A DNA stretch of 64,000 nt from a virus (taxonomy: Duplodnaviria; Caudoviricetes): the IMG/VR virus record IMGVR_UViG_2925677529_000001, positions 1,341 to 65,340 of that record; one strand, 5' to 3'. This document shows positions 28,359 through 37,952 of the stretch, piece by piece. Below the pieces are notes generated by a model. That model was given only the letters and a program-made list of their open reading frames with translations. It searched no databases and had not been told where the DNA came from. Made by a program: the position numbers and the translations under genes. The first letter of the stretch is position 1. Every line of letters starts with the position of its first letter.

Positions 28359-28403
28359 GGCGGGCGACCGTGAACGCCTCGGATTTGTCCACAGTCGCCC
28401 GCC
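28359..28403 (-). terminator. 17-bp RNA stem-loop between the hexamer and pentamer genes
   Basis: GGCGGGCGACTGTGGAC/GTTCACGGTCGCCCGCC pairs fully, with G-U, only on the minus strand. Confidence 0.65.
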
Positions 28404-28430
28404 AGTCCATTGCGATTCGCCGGTCAGCCG

Positions 28431-30218
28431 CTACGGGGTCTCGGCCGGGGTGTTGCACGCCACGGTCTGGCGAGCCCCGATAGCACCGGAGATGCAGATC
28501 GGCAGCGTCACGAGGATCGACTGATCGCACCGCTTCCCCACCTGGAACGAGTCCTCGGTGAAGATGTGGGTGTACTGGTTGAGGACCAGTTGCTGCAGCG
28601 GGTACTGGACACCGAGGGTGATGATGTTGTTCAGCGTCCGGAACCACGTGCCGGCCGGGAACAGCATCACCTGGACGGTGGCCGGGTACACCAGGGTGGC
28701 CATATTGCCGGGCTGCCCGGAGCCGCGGGTCTGCCAATCCACCACGTACTGCAGGTAGATGTCGCGGACCGCCAGCCAGTTGTCGATCTCGGCGTTGGTG
28801 ACGGCCAGGGTGTCCTTGCCTTCACGCAACGCGAGGTCGGCGCGCAGCACCTCGCGGAACCACACTGGCGCAACACCTTCGATGGTGGCGTCACCCTTGA
28901 GGCCCTTGTTGTATCGCAGGTTCGCGGCCTGCAGAGCCAGCCCGTTCAGCACGGAGCTGGTCGCGCCCAACACCGAATCGGCCGGGACCACCTTCGCGGT
29001 GCCGGAACCGGCGACCATCTTGGCGATCGTCTTCTGCGAGACGCGGTGCTGGTGAGCGACCTGGATCTGCTCCAGCGCGTTCTCGATGGCCTCCGGCCAC
29101 GCCTGCCGCTGCAGGATGCCCGCCTTGGCGGCCCAACCGATCGCTTCCAGCCGCCACTCGATGAACTGATCCGGGCAGGGCAGTTCGATGATCGGCTTGA
29201 CCGCAGTCGGATCACCGTTGCCGTCAACGGCTTCCAGCTCGGTTTCGGTGAAGTGCCACACGTCGTCCAGCAGCGCCGACATGTCCGGGTTCACCGGGAC
29301 GCGCACACCGCCGCGGGAGAAGTCGAACGGGAAGTCTGGCAGCGAGATGAGATCCGACGCCGGGGGCACGTTGCAGAACGTGTAGATCTGCTCCGAGGGT
29401 GCGCACCAGCCACCGGCGGCGACGAGCGCCTGGGCGGAAACCTTGCCCTTGCCGGGGATCTCGCGACCCATCTGCTGGATCGCCTCGTACGCCTCATGCT
29501 CGTTCGCAGGCACGGGGCCCTCCGGCTGAGGCCGCGGCAAGCGAGCTACAGCCTGGGTGGCGAAGTCCTGCCCCTCCATGCTGACCTGGCCGGTGCGCTG
29601 ACGGCCAGTGTTCTGACCGGGGTTCACCGATGCGATCGACTGCGCAATCTCAGCGAAACCGACCTTGTCGTTGCCGAACTCGCCGTACTTCGGGGCCGAC
29701 GGCAGCAGTTCCCAACCCTTCGGCTTCTCACCGGTGGCTGCGGGGCCGGGCAGGTCGTTGTTGCCGTTGGTGGCACCCGCGAAGCTGACGGCCTTGCCGG
29801 CGGAAGCGGCGACAGCCTGGGACTGCTCGGCAGCCTCAACGGTGGCAGCTTCGGCCTCAGCCACGACGTCGGCCGCGGCCTCGTCGGTCCCGTCACCGTC
29901 AGTGTCGGAATCGGCGGCTTCGGCCTCAGCCTCGGCGGCCGGCTCGGCGTCGACGGGCTTCTTGGCGGTCCGTGCGAGCACCGAGTTCAGCTTGTCGGTC
30001 TGCGACTGGTCAGCAGCGGCAACAGCATCGCGCGCCTCGGTGACCTTGTCGTGAGCGTCGGCGAGCTCTTCGAACCGGGCGACGTCCTCAGGGGAGAATT
30101 CCTGGCCGGCGTCGTGCCGGGCCTGGAAGACGTTGATTTCCTTGGTGATCGCGTCGGCGTATTCGTCCAGCTCGGCGACGGTGGCGGGAAGCTGATCGGG
30201 CAGCTTGTCGAACTTCAC
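28431..30218 (-). CDS. Major capsid (hexamer) protein with N-terminal scaffold-like region
   Basis: LVAAGGWCAPSE..Y, RGG, WHFTE, IFTED; GAGGAG SD. Confidence 0.88.
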   Translation of the reverse strand: MKFDKLPDQLPATVAELDEYADAITKEINVFQARHDAGQEFSPEDVARFEELADAHDKVTEARDAVAAADQSQTDKLNSVLARTAKKPVDAEPAAEAEAEAADSDTDGDGTDEAAADVVAEAEAATVEAAEQSQAVAASAGKAVSFAGATNGNNDLPGPAATGEKPKGWELLPSAPKYGEFGNDKVGFAEIAQSIASVNPGQNTGRQRTGQVSMEGQDFATQAVARLPRPQPEGPVPANEHEAYEAIQQMGREIPGKGKVSAQALVAAGGWCAPSEQIYTFCNVPPASDLISLPDFPFDFSRGGVRVPVNPDMSALLDDVWHFTETELEAVDGNGDPTAVKPIIELPCPDQFIEWRLEAIGWAAKAGILQRQAWPEAIENALEQIQVAHQHRVSQKTIAKMVAGSGTAKVVPADSVLGATSSVLNGLALQAANLRYNKGLKGDATIEGVAPVWFREVLRADLALREGKDTLAVTNAEIDNWLAVRDIYLQYVVDWQTRGSGQPGNMATLVYPATVQVMLFPAGTWFRTLNNIITLGVQYPLQQLVLNQYTHIFTEDSFQVGKRCDQSILVTLPICISGAIGARQTVACNTPAETP

Positions 30219-30305
30219 TTCGTGCTCCTCGTTTTCTGAGTGAAACTCTCGGTCTGTCGATCGCTCCCCGGCACATAGCGCATGGCAGGAACTCTCTGGC
30301 GCAGG

Positions 30306-30326
30306 ACGGTAAGAGGGCACGGTGCA
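30306..30326 (-). promoter_or_regulatory. Late promoter of the capsid gene (TGCACC-GTGCCCTCT-TACCGT)
   Basis: Member of the repeated CACC-N9-TAnnnT family; sits just downstream of a terminator. Confidence 0.7.
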
Positions 30327-30340
30327 GCACCCGGGTACGC

Positions 30341-30372
30341 GAAAGGCCCCGGACGTGAACCCGGGGCCTTTC
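30341..30372. terminator. Intrinsic terminator, symmetrical
   Basis: GAAAGGCCCCGG-N8-CCGGGGCCTTTC perfect inverted repeat. Confidence 0.85.
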
Positions 30373-30394
30373 TGCGCGATTTCTGCGTGTGCGG

Positions 30395-30580
30395 CTATGC
30401 GCCGCTGGTGAGTTGCAAGATGGTGCCGCCACCATTACGGCGCTGTTCGGCGACGGCCTCGATCTTCGTCAGGAACACCTTCACCTCACCGGTGGGTGAC
30501 GTGTACCGGTAGCCGGCGATCGTCGCACCGCTGCTCGTCTTACCGCCGGCACGGTTCCGGCCTCTACATGCGCAGCCCAC
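30395..30580 (-). CDS. Small basic protein preceding the capsid gene (MGCAC..GGGTI)
   Basis: Leaderless late promoter 7 nt upstream; own terminator. Confidence 0.75.
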   Translation of the reverse strand: MGCACRGRNRAGGKTSSGATIAGYRYTSPTGEVKVFLTKIEAVAEQRRNGGGTILQLTSGA

Positions 30581-30654
30581 GGGTAGGACGGTACGAACCG
30601 CGAGTGCATCAGGACGTATTGCAATCACTCGGACGTCAGGTAGAATCGAGCCTG

Positions 30655-30693
30655 CGGGACGTCCCCCCGTTTCACGGGGGATTGGCGTCCCGC
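30655..30693 (-). terminator. Hairpin immediately after the nuclease-domain stop
   Basis: GCGGGACG..TCCCCCGTG-AA-ACGGGGGGA-CGTCCCGC imperfect stem. Confidence 0.55.
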
Positions 30694-30695
30694 TA

Positions 30696-31292
30696 CTATT
30701 TTTGCAGGTCAATTGCGTTCAGTTGTCCCTGCGCCATCACCCACAGACCCTGCAGCCGATATTTTTCACGGCCAACGTTGAACTGCTCTAACGCTACGCG
30801 GATCTCATCTGTGAGTGGCGAGTCCTCAATATCAATGACGAACCGGTCTTTCACGACACCGTGCTTCGCTGCCCGCGAGGCGGCATCCACAATCCGGCCA
30901 TGAATCGATTGCGGGCGTGGTACGACGGTCTTCTGCTCGACCTCAACATTCCCGTTGGACCGCCAGATGAAATCGTTGGTCGGCTTAAACCCTGCAGTCG
31001 CTATCCACTCGGGGGTTTCCCCCACATCCAAGAACCGCTCAACGAACCGCACCTCGCCCGGCTCCAGCCGTTCGCCATTGAACTCCACCGGTAGCGCGCC
31101 CTGCCGCGCCTTCCAGTAAGCCCGGTAGACGTCTCGATCTGATGAGTTCGGCTCAGGCCCCAGCTCAGCTGGTCCGCCGGTGAACCGTAGCCGGTGACCG
31201 ATGCGCTTCTTACCACCGCCACCAACCGAAATCCACCTGCCGTCGGGGCCGCGCTTCTGCCTCGGGTTAAAGGCGAAGTCGGCGGTCAGGCT
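30696..31292 (-). CDS. CdiA-CT-like PD-(D/E)XK nuclease domain, probably expressed as a -1 frameshift extension of the MuF/protease protein
   Basis: Frame open from the slippery site to 30696; KPTNDF..EVEQK..FVIDI; linker FNPRQKRGPDGRWI. Confidence 0.65.
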   Translation of the reverse strand, partial: SLTADFAFNPRQKRGPDGRWISVGGGGKKRIGHRLRFTGGPAELGPEPNSSDRDVYRAYWKARQGALPVEFNGERLEPGEVRFVERFLDVGETPEWIATAGFKPTNDFIWRSNGNVEVEQKTVVPRPQSIHGRIVDAASRAAKHGVVKDRFVIDIEDSPLTDEIRVALEQFNVGREKYRLQGLWVMAQGQLNAIDLQK

Positions 31293-33787
31293 TTTGGGAG
31301 TGCCTCGATCAGGACGGCCATACGCTCAGTAGGAGTTGCGGGCCGGGGCGGCTCTCCGACAGCGGCGAACGCCCGCGCGAGCACCGCGTCACGGCGACGC
31401 GCCAACTCGGCCGCCTGCGCCGACTCCGCCAACGCCTCAGCCACAATCGCCTTGAAATCCGCGAGGGTCGGCACGTCGCCGCCAGGTTGCGACCGGGGCG
31501 ACGGACCGAGACTGGCGACCAGCGCAACGTCCCGGCCGTCCGGCCCCGTCACCGCACTGTAGATCGGGAACCCGGGGCTGTTGACCGCATGCGCGCCGAT
31601 CATGTCCAGACCCGCACCTGGGCAGTCACGCCAATCACCCGACAGTGGGGCGGTCATGCCCATCTGGAACGTCTCGGGATCCACGCCAGGCGCCGGCACG
31701 CCAGAGAACCAGATACCGTGCGCGTCCTCACCGACACGCACCAACCCGAACGCGGTGCACACATTGTCGTAGTGCGCCCGCGCCGTCGCGACCGTGACAC
31801 CGGGTGCGGTCGAGGCGTGGCCACCCTGAACCGTGAGCCGGCCAACGGACAGCTGCTTGCCGTCGTCGAGCATCACCTGGCTGGTGTGGAAATTCAGGTA
31901 CCCGTTGCGGTTCCGAGGAGTGACCTCGCTGCCGCCGCGAATCGTGTGCCCCCACTCAGCGAGATGCCCGTAGATTCGTCCGGTCTCGGCGTTCATCGTC
32001 GGCGCGGTGGCCCGCGTCAACTGAGGGTTCTCGAACAACGCCGGATCGTAGGTCTTGACGTGGGACTGGAAGTTCTCCGCGGCCGCCGCCACCAGCGCCC
32101 GGTCCCGCGCTTCTCGATCCGCGTTCAGGCTGATGCGCGTCTCACCGAACGCCGGGATCGCAACGATCGTCGTGGCCATCACCTTGGCCTTCGTGATCGT
32201 CCGGTAGATCGGCCGCGATGGGTCGAAATTCTCGTCGGTGACAACGGTTCCGTCGTCGTAGGTTTCGAACATCTCGAACTCGCCGCCGAGGTCCACCGAC
32301 GGGTTCGCGACACCGTGCGACATGAGGTCGAACGCCTTCGTCGCGTGTTCGTTGTTCAGCAGGTACCCCGAGGCCCGGACCTCACCGTCGGCGTAGGACA
32401 GGGATTCGATGACGCCGATGGTCACTGAATCGTCGTGGCCGCCCTTGGATTTCTCGCACCACTGCAACGGCAACGGTGTGTCCCGGAACGTCAGGTCGAT
32501 GTCGGTCGCGAGCATCCGCCGATCGTCGGTCGGGGTCCCGATGACCGCGAACAGCGCATCGGTGAACGTCAGATAGGTCTCAGCGTCCTCGGTGGCCATC
32601 TCATACTCCTGTTCACTCGGTGCGGCCCAGCCGCCGGACGCCACGCGCCCGATTCCGTCGTCGGTGTCGCGCGCACGAACATTCCCCGCGCCGGCGCGCC
32701 GCTCAATTTCCTCTGCCTGGGTGCGCCCGTTCCGATTGATCGCCACGCTGTCCCGGCCATTGAGCCGTTCGGTGTGCCGATCCACCTCGTCGGGCAGCTC
32801 CTCGTCGACGGCCAGGATCCCCATGCGGCACCGGCAGTTCTTCCACTCCGCCGGCGACGCCGTGGTGTCACCGGGGAACTGGAGCTGCTCACCACCGATC
32901 GTGAAAGCCGTAGCGAGCGGGACTCGTTGGCCATCCCCAGCCCAATGCGACGGGCGGGTCTTGCCGTCGAGCGTGCTGATCCACGTTTTCTGTAGCTCCT
33001 CGCCGGATTCGGCGGCCGACGCCTGCGCCGCAGCGAGCACCGCGTGGTTCATCACCCCGGCCGCCTGATAACCCTGCTGCTTGGCGACGTCGCGCATCTC
33101 CGGTGATGCAGCCTGCATCACCTCATCGGCCCTGACCCGCAACACCTCCGGTCTGTTCTCCGGCACGACCTCGATAGCGATGGACGGCTCCGCCGCTGGT
33201 GCGGGCGCAACATCCGGTGCCTGGGGAGCAGACGGTGCGGTCACCTCGCCGTCCAGTGCAGGTGGTGTCCGCTCCACCTCCATCGTCGAGTTGGCCAGCG
33301 CCGCCTCAACCTTCGCCCGCACTACGCTCGGCGTCGCCGCCACGAACTCACGCTTACTCGTCAGGAAGTCCGCCCGCGCCCGCGCCAGCACCGGTGTCGA
33401 ATCGACATAGGCGACCGCCTCGAGCACCTGCTTGCGGGACAACCCGATCAGCGACGCCAGCACGATCCCCAGCACCACTGTGTCCACGTCGGGCACCACA
33501 GCATCGCCCACCGTGCCGCCGAGCTCCACCGCGGTCTCGTACACTGCCAGCGCCCACAGGATCCCCAACCCCGCCACAATCACGGTGTCGGCGTGCTGAT
33601 CCCACGCGGACTGGGCCTGCGCGACCGCAGCCGGGTCCGGCGGCAGAGCCGATGCAGTCAGCGCGGGCAGTACCGCGGCCCGGGCCCCCGGGCACCAGCG
33701 GCGCAACGCCTCCGTATACAGATCGGAGATCGCCGACTCCGCTTCGATGGTGCGCGACAACGCCTCACCCTGACCAGGCCAAAACAC
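31286..33787 (-). CDS. MuF-like minor capsid protein + capsid maturation protease fusion
   Basis: KTWISTLDGKTRPSH..DGQRV..FPGD..NCRC (MuF); PLPLQW..H..SVD (protease); LSGDWR. Confidence 0.88.
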   Translation of the reverse strand: MFWPGQGEALSRTIEAESAISDLYTEALRRWCPGARAAVLPALTASALPPDPAAVAQAQSAWDQHADTVIVAGLGILWALAVYETAVELGGTVGDAVVPDVDTVVLGIVLASLIGLSRKQVLEAVAYVDSTPVLARARADFLTSKREFVAATPSVVRAKVEAALANSTMEVERTPPALDGEVTAPSAPQAPDVAPAPAAEPSIAIEVVPENRPEVLRVRADEVMQAASPEMRDVAKQQGYQAAGVMNHAVLAAAQASAAESGEELQKTWISTLDGKTRPSHWAGDGQRVPLATAFTIGGEQLQFPGDTTASPAEWKNCRCRMGILAVDEELPDEVDRHTERLNGRDSVAINRNGRTQAEEIERRAGAGNVRARDTDDGIGRVASGGWAAPSEQEYEMATEDAETYLTFTDALFAVIGTPTDDRRMLATDIDLTFRDTPLPLQWCEKSKGGHDDSVTIGVIESLSYADGEVRASGYLLNNEHATKAFDLMSHGVANPSVDLGGEFEMFETYDDGTVVTDENFDPSRPIYRTITKAKVMATTIVAIPAFGETRISLNADREARDRALVAAAAENFQSHVKTYDPALFENPQLTRATAPTMNAETGRIYGHLAEWGHTIRGGSEVTPRNRNGYLNFHTSQVMLDDGKQLSVGRLTVQGGHASTAPGVTVATARAHYDNVCTAFGLVRVGEDAHGIWFSGVPAPGVDPETFQMGMTAPLSGDWRDCPGAGLDMIGAHAVNSPGFPIYSAVTGPDGRDVALVASLGPSPRSQPGGDVPTLADFKAIVAEALAESAQAAELARRRDAVLARAFAAVGEPPRPATPTERMAVLIEALPKA
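31292..31298 (-). other. -1 programmed frameshift heptamer C_CCA_AAA
   Basis: CTC CCA AAA GCC TGA in the X_XXY_YYZ phase; stem-loop 6 nt downstream. Confidence 0.75.
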
Positions 33788-35695
33788 TCAGACCACCTGC
33801 CCGTCAACGACCTGCGCAGTCAACTCCCGCCGCGCGATCCGCTTCACCGCGGCCCGCACCCGCTTCGGATCCACACCGTGCGCAGCCGCGAACTCGTCAC
33901 TGAAAATCGCGTCCCACCCCTTGATCAACCCAGCGACCTGCTCATCAGTCACCGGATCCATCAGGCGATGCCATTCCCGCTTCGGCACACTGCGCAGCCG
34001 CGCGTACTGCGCCCGATCATTCGTCGTCACACGTCGATTACTCGCCAACTCCAACGCCCGACCGGCAAGCAGATCCACCACCGCCAGCTCGGTGTCGGTG
34101 CGGGTTGCGTGCTGCCCATCTCGGGCGTCGTCCTCGGTGTCAGGTTCCTCGCGGTCCTCCGCGCCCGGATCCTCGTCGACACCCTCACCCTGGCCGGGTG
34201 GCAACGCTGGTGTCGGCTCGGGGAAGTCGAGCGCCTGAATCGACTTGTCCAACAACGGCAGCAGATCCCGGATCAACGCCGGGTCCTGAGACACCCGATC
34301 CTGCGCCCATTCCTGCCAACCCTCGATGGTGTTGAAGTCGTACATATCGTCATCAGGCAGCCCGTACCTGCGTACCAGCGCGGCGGAGGTGATCGCGCCC
34401 TTCTCGTGCGCATCCTTCGCCTCGTCGGTCAGGTCCGGATCGGCGGTCAACTGGCTGGCGTCATACCAAAGGATGTATTTGTCCGGGTCGATGTTCTCGC
34501 CCTCAAGCACGTTGCGCAGCACGCTGTCGTAGATGGCTTGGCAGATCGTTTCCATCACCGGCGCGATGTGCAGCTGGACATCCTCTTCACCGATCTGACG
34601 GGCAGACCAGTGATTGGTCGAGTTACCCAGGCCGAGCAGTCGTTCCGGCGACATATCCAGCCCCATGGCCAGGCGGGCGATCGCATCGTTGCGCTTCCGG
34701 ATTTCGGTGTCGGTTACTTCCTTGCCGAACTCCAGATGCTGGATCTTGCTGATGTGCTCGCCCGGGGCCGCCGCGACGATTGGCACGTTGGACGCGGCGC
34801 TGTTCTCATTTTTGGCGCCCTCCTGGGACACCTGAATGATCAGCTTCTGGAGGCTGGCCGCGACCTTGCGCGGCGCGGCCGGCGCCGGAGTTCCGGGCTG
34901 GCCGGCGGCGGTCGGGGCCTGCGAATCCGGTAGCGACGCCTCCGACGGTACGAACAGGATGCCGTTGTTGAACAGTCGCGACTCGTCAGCGTTGGCGATT
35001 TTTCGGGTCGTCCGCACAATCTCCCGCAATGGGCCCAAGCACGCCCGGACAGGCGAATCCGGCTCCGCCGCATCCTCGGCGTCCGGGTTCCACACCCGGA
35101 ACATCGAGTCCCCATTGGCCGCGTCAAACTCGTGCTTCGTGCCGTCCGGCAGCTTGATCGTCACGCTGTTGCTGCGGGTGCCGAGCTCGATCTGCTTGCG
35201 GGTGACCGCGAACCACTTCTCCACCACACGCTTCCGCGCCCCGGTGCCCTCGGTGCGCATCAGGATGGCAACCCACAACTCACCCGGTACGGTCAGAACC
35301 TCGGCGATCCGTTTGACCAGTTGCGCTTGCCCCAGCGTGCCGCCGGCGATCTGGCGGACAATCTCCGCGACCCGCAAACCCTCTTTGTTGTCCGGATCGA
35401 TGCTGCCCGTCGGCCGCCCACTGTCCTCGTCGATCTCCGACGCAATCAGAGATGTTCGGGAGCACGAATTCGACCGCCACCGCACGTAATAGCCGAACTC
35501 GCCGACCTCGCGGTACATCTTCCACGCTTCGTCCTGCCAGTTGTCGCGCCGACCCGTCATGCTCGACGAGGCCCGGAAGATCTGGGCAGGGTCGGATACG
35601 GGGGCAGACGCAGCAGTCAAAGCGCGCGGCGCGGCCACAGATGCCGTCAGCGCGCCGCGGCGACGTCGAACGATGCGCAGGTCAGTGGCGGTCAC
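33788..35695 (-). CDS. Portal protein
   Basis: WQDEAW..VGE, NNGILFVP, RLAMGLD.SPE.LLG..NHW; position. Confidence 0.88.
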   Translation of the reverse strand: MTATDLRIVRRRRGALTASVAAPRALTAASAPVSDPAQIFRASSSMTGRRDNWQDEAWKMYREVGEFGYYVRWRSNSCSRTSLIASEIDEDSGRPTGSIDPDNKEGLRVAEIVRQIAGGTLGQAQLVKRIAEVLTVPGELWVAILMRTEGTGARKRVVEKWFAVTRKQIELGTRSNSVTIKLPDGTKHEFDAANGDSMFRVWNPDAEDAAEPDSPVRACLGPLREIVRTTRKIANADESRLFNNGILFVPSEASLPDSQAPTAAGQPGTPAPAAPRKVAASLQKLIIQVSQEGAKNENSAASNVPIVAAAPGEHISKIQHLEFGKEVTDTEIRKRNDAIARLAMGLDMSPERLLGLGNSTNHWSARQIGEEDVQLHIAPVMETICQAIYDSVLRNVLEGENIDPDKYILWYDASQLTADPDLTDEAKDAHEKGAITSAALVRRYGLPDDDMYDFNTIEGWQEWAQDRVSQDPALIRDLLPLLDKSIQALDFPEPTPALPPGQGEGVDEDPGAEDREEPDTEDDARDGQHATRTDTELAVVDLLAGRALELASNRRVTTNDRAQYARLRSVPKREWHRLMDPVTDEQVAGLIKGWDAIFSDEFAAAHGVDPKRVRAAVKRIARRELTAQVVDGQVV

Positions 35696-35723
35696 GAGTC
35701 AGGACGGTAACCAAGCTGGGTGT

Positions 35724-36131
35724 TTACCCCTGCTCAATGTCCAACTCATCAGCCGACAACGGAGCCACCAGGCCAACGACATACGAGCAGGCGAGCGCCA
35801 CCGGCACCACCGCCCACCACGACCAGACCAACACGTGCACCACCAGCACGGCGCCGGCCAGCGCGACCCACCAGCCGACACACCACGGGCAACCCATGAA
35901 CTCGAGCGCGATGTTCCACCGGGTCTGACGGCGCCGATGCAACTCACCGACCGTCCACTGGTCCGCCGCCTCAGCCTCTTCCGCCGCGGCCAATGCGGAT
36001 CCCGCACGGCGCGCCACGAACAGGCGGGCCCAGTCCAGCACGGTGTCGTAGTTGATCAGCCGAGTCACCCGCGCGACGGCGAGCACGTAGAAGACAAGAA
36101 TCAGGACGGTCAATCCGAGGTTGTGGTTCAT
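35724..36131 (-). CDS. DUF1360-like membrane protein
   Basis: RVTRLINYD, CPWCVGWW, TM helices. Confidence 0.75.
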   Translation of the reverse strand: MNHNLGLTVLILVFYVLAVARVTRLINYDTVLDWARLFVARRAGSALAAAEEAEAADQWTVGELHRRRQTRWNIALEFMGCPWCVGWWVALAGAVLVVHVLVWSWWAVVPVALACSYVVGLVAPLSADELDIEQG

Positions 36132-36176
36132 AGCGCGAGACGGTATGACGTTGGGGTGAAGAAGGATTCGGGCCGA

Positions 36177-36725
36177 TCAGGCAGAAATCTCTAGTTCCTG
36201 GGGAACTAATGCGCTGGTAGCGGGCGCTTTTCGGTTGGCTTGCCATTCTCGGCGGCATTCCCGGCACCGTTCCTTACCGCCGTGGCGGTACGTGTTGTAC
36301 GGCAACATCAGATGCCGGCCCTTGGAACAGAACCGCACACTACCGCCCACAGCGAGCGTATCGATCAACTGGTCCAGTTGCATTCGCAGCCGATCGTTTT
36401 CGCCCTGGGCCTCCGCGAGCTCCCGTCGGGTCAGCGAGTGCTGGCAGCGTTCAGCCGACAGTTCCTCACTGATCTCGCCGGTCTGCTGCTGCGCGATCTT
36501 GCACACCTGCGTCATGTCCTCGGCGCGGATCGACATCACCAGCCGGCGTGAGCATTTGGTGCGTTCGGCGATCTCCTCAGCCGTCATGCCCGCCAAGGTC
36601 AGTCCGGCAACGAGCCACGCCCGGTCCGGGTCGGACAGCTCGGTCATCGCGCGGGAAGCCTTCGGCATCGACAGGACCGCCGCGACCATCTGCGCGTCGG
36701 GCTCCCACCGGTCCGGCGTCGTCAA
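36177..36725 (-). CDS. HTH + coiled coil + Zn-ribbon DNA-binding protein
   Basis: GMTAEEIAERTKCSRRLV; CSKGRH..NTY..RCREC. Confidence 0.7.
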   Translation of the reverse strand: MTTPDRWEPDAQMVAAVLSMPKASRAMTELSDPDRAWLVAGLTLAGMTAEEIAERTKCSRRLVMSIRAEDMTQVCKIAQQQTGEISEELSAERCQHSLTRRELAEAQGENDRLRMQLDQLIDTLAVGGSVRFCSKGRHLMLPYNTYRHGGKERCRECRREWQANRKAPATSALVPQELEISA

Positions 36726-36867
36726 CTCGCGGCGACCACGGTGCTCAGCAACTCCACGACCGCCAAGATAGAACCCGAAACCGGCGCCCTATCCGGATAA
36801 CCCGGCGGTTGTCACGGTTCGACAGCTAAACCGTTACGGTAGCTGTGAACTGGCGCACTTCTTGGGG

Positions 36868-37218
36868 TCACCAACCATCGAGCTTGCCTCTCTGGTCCAG
36901 GCAGTAGGACCCCACGGCCCCGCCCACCTGTAGCAGTGCTTCGTCGATGGTTTGATTGGGGTTGGTTTTCGACAACCGAGAGGCCACCGAGAAGGGGTAG
37001 ACGCCGTTCTCGAGGTCAATGCAGATCCGCCGCGCCTGATCCAGCAGGACCTTGTCGTCCACGCCCTCCACTCCAGCATCGGACAGTCCGTCAAGGTAGG
37101 TCTGATCGATGCTGGAATGCCGTGGGGTCTGCGACCAGATCATCAGGCCGATGCCAACGACGGCGGCAACGATGCTCGCGAAGATCGTGATGCGAACCCA
37201 ATCAGGGCTGTTCTTCAT
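36868..37218 (-). CDS. DUF732-like membrane-anchored protein (moron)
   Basis: TM helix, DQTYLDGL..ARRIC..AVGSYC; own TATGGT -10 6 nt before the ATG. Confidence 0.7.
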   Translation of the reverse strand: MKNSPDWVRITIFASIVAAVVGIGLMIWSQTPRHSSIDQTYLDGLSDAGVEGVDDKVLLDQARRICIDLENGVYPFSVASRLSKTNPNQTIDEALLQVGGAVGSYCLDQRGKLDGW

Positions 37219-37295
37219 CGGCAGACCATAACTGAGACAGCACTCCCATATTCGGGTAATCGCCTCTTGCGTGAGGCAACTCGCCGACAGTGTTC

Positions 37296-37550
37296 CTACG
37301 CTCGACCCGACCGGGCCCAGCACTGCCCACGATCCGCCCCGGCTGCCAACCGGATCGACGCCGCCAACTCCGGCCCGAGCGCCGCCAGCATCGCGTCGAG
37401 CACACCGCGCCGCGCCAACTCATCGACCAACGCCGACACCCGACCCGCATACGCCGCTTTCGGATTCGCCACCGACATGCCGAGCGCCAGAGCCAACGCC
37501 GTGTCCGGCAGCGCGGCCAGACGATCATCCACCCGAGCTGGCGCCGTCAT
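37296..37550 (-). CDS. Hypothetical protein
   Basis: TGATG coupling to the DUF3310-like gene. Confidence 0.55.
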   Translation of the reverse strand: MTAPARVDDRLAALPDTALALALGMSVANPKAAYAGRVSALVDELARRGVLDAMLAALGPELAASIRLAAGADRGQCWARSGRA

Positions 37551-37921
37551 CAGTCCAGAACCTCGCCCAACATCGCGTTCACCGCGTCCAGCGCCCGGCC
37601 GACATCGCCGCGTTTCATCGCGTCGAAGAACACCCGCCGATCGCGATCCGTTTCATACTCCAGCACCACCGCCAACCGCCGCTCGACAGTGAAGTTCCAC
37701 GACCGCAAGAACGGCGCGTCGGCGTGCTCGATCGCATCCAGCAGATACCAGCGAGCCTTCTCAAGATCCTGGCGGCCGTTCTTCGCGTCGGCGCGCCACA
37801 CGTACTTGAACGCGTTGCCAGCATCAAACGACAAATGCCGCGTGAATGCGATGCACTCGATCCCGGACGGATGCCGGTAGTGCGGCGGATGATTCACGAA
37901 GTCGATGGTTTCCGAGGCCAT
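37550..37921 (-). CDS. DUF3310-like protein
   Basis: VNHPPHY..IECI..GNAFKYVWRA..KNG..DLEKARWYL. Confidence 0.85.
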   Translation of the reverse strand: MASETIDFVNHPPHYRHPSGIECIAFTRHLSFDAGNAFKYVWRADAKNGRQDLEKARWYLLDAIEHADAPFLRSWNFTVERRLAVVLEYETDRDRRVFFDAMKRGDVGRALDAVNAMLGEVLD

Positions 37922-37952
37922 ACGCGGGAACGTACGCCCGCATGGTGATCAG

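Noticed and set aside
28333-28439. Possible -1 extension of the capsid gene at ACC CCG TAG
   Set aside because: No canonical heptamer, and the ~33-aa product merely crosses the hairpin with no recognisable motif
30395-30580. Immunity gene for the nuclease domain
   Set aside because: Separated by a hairpin, has its own late promoter and looks like a capsid-associated small protein; no immunity gene could be assigned
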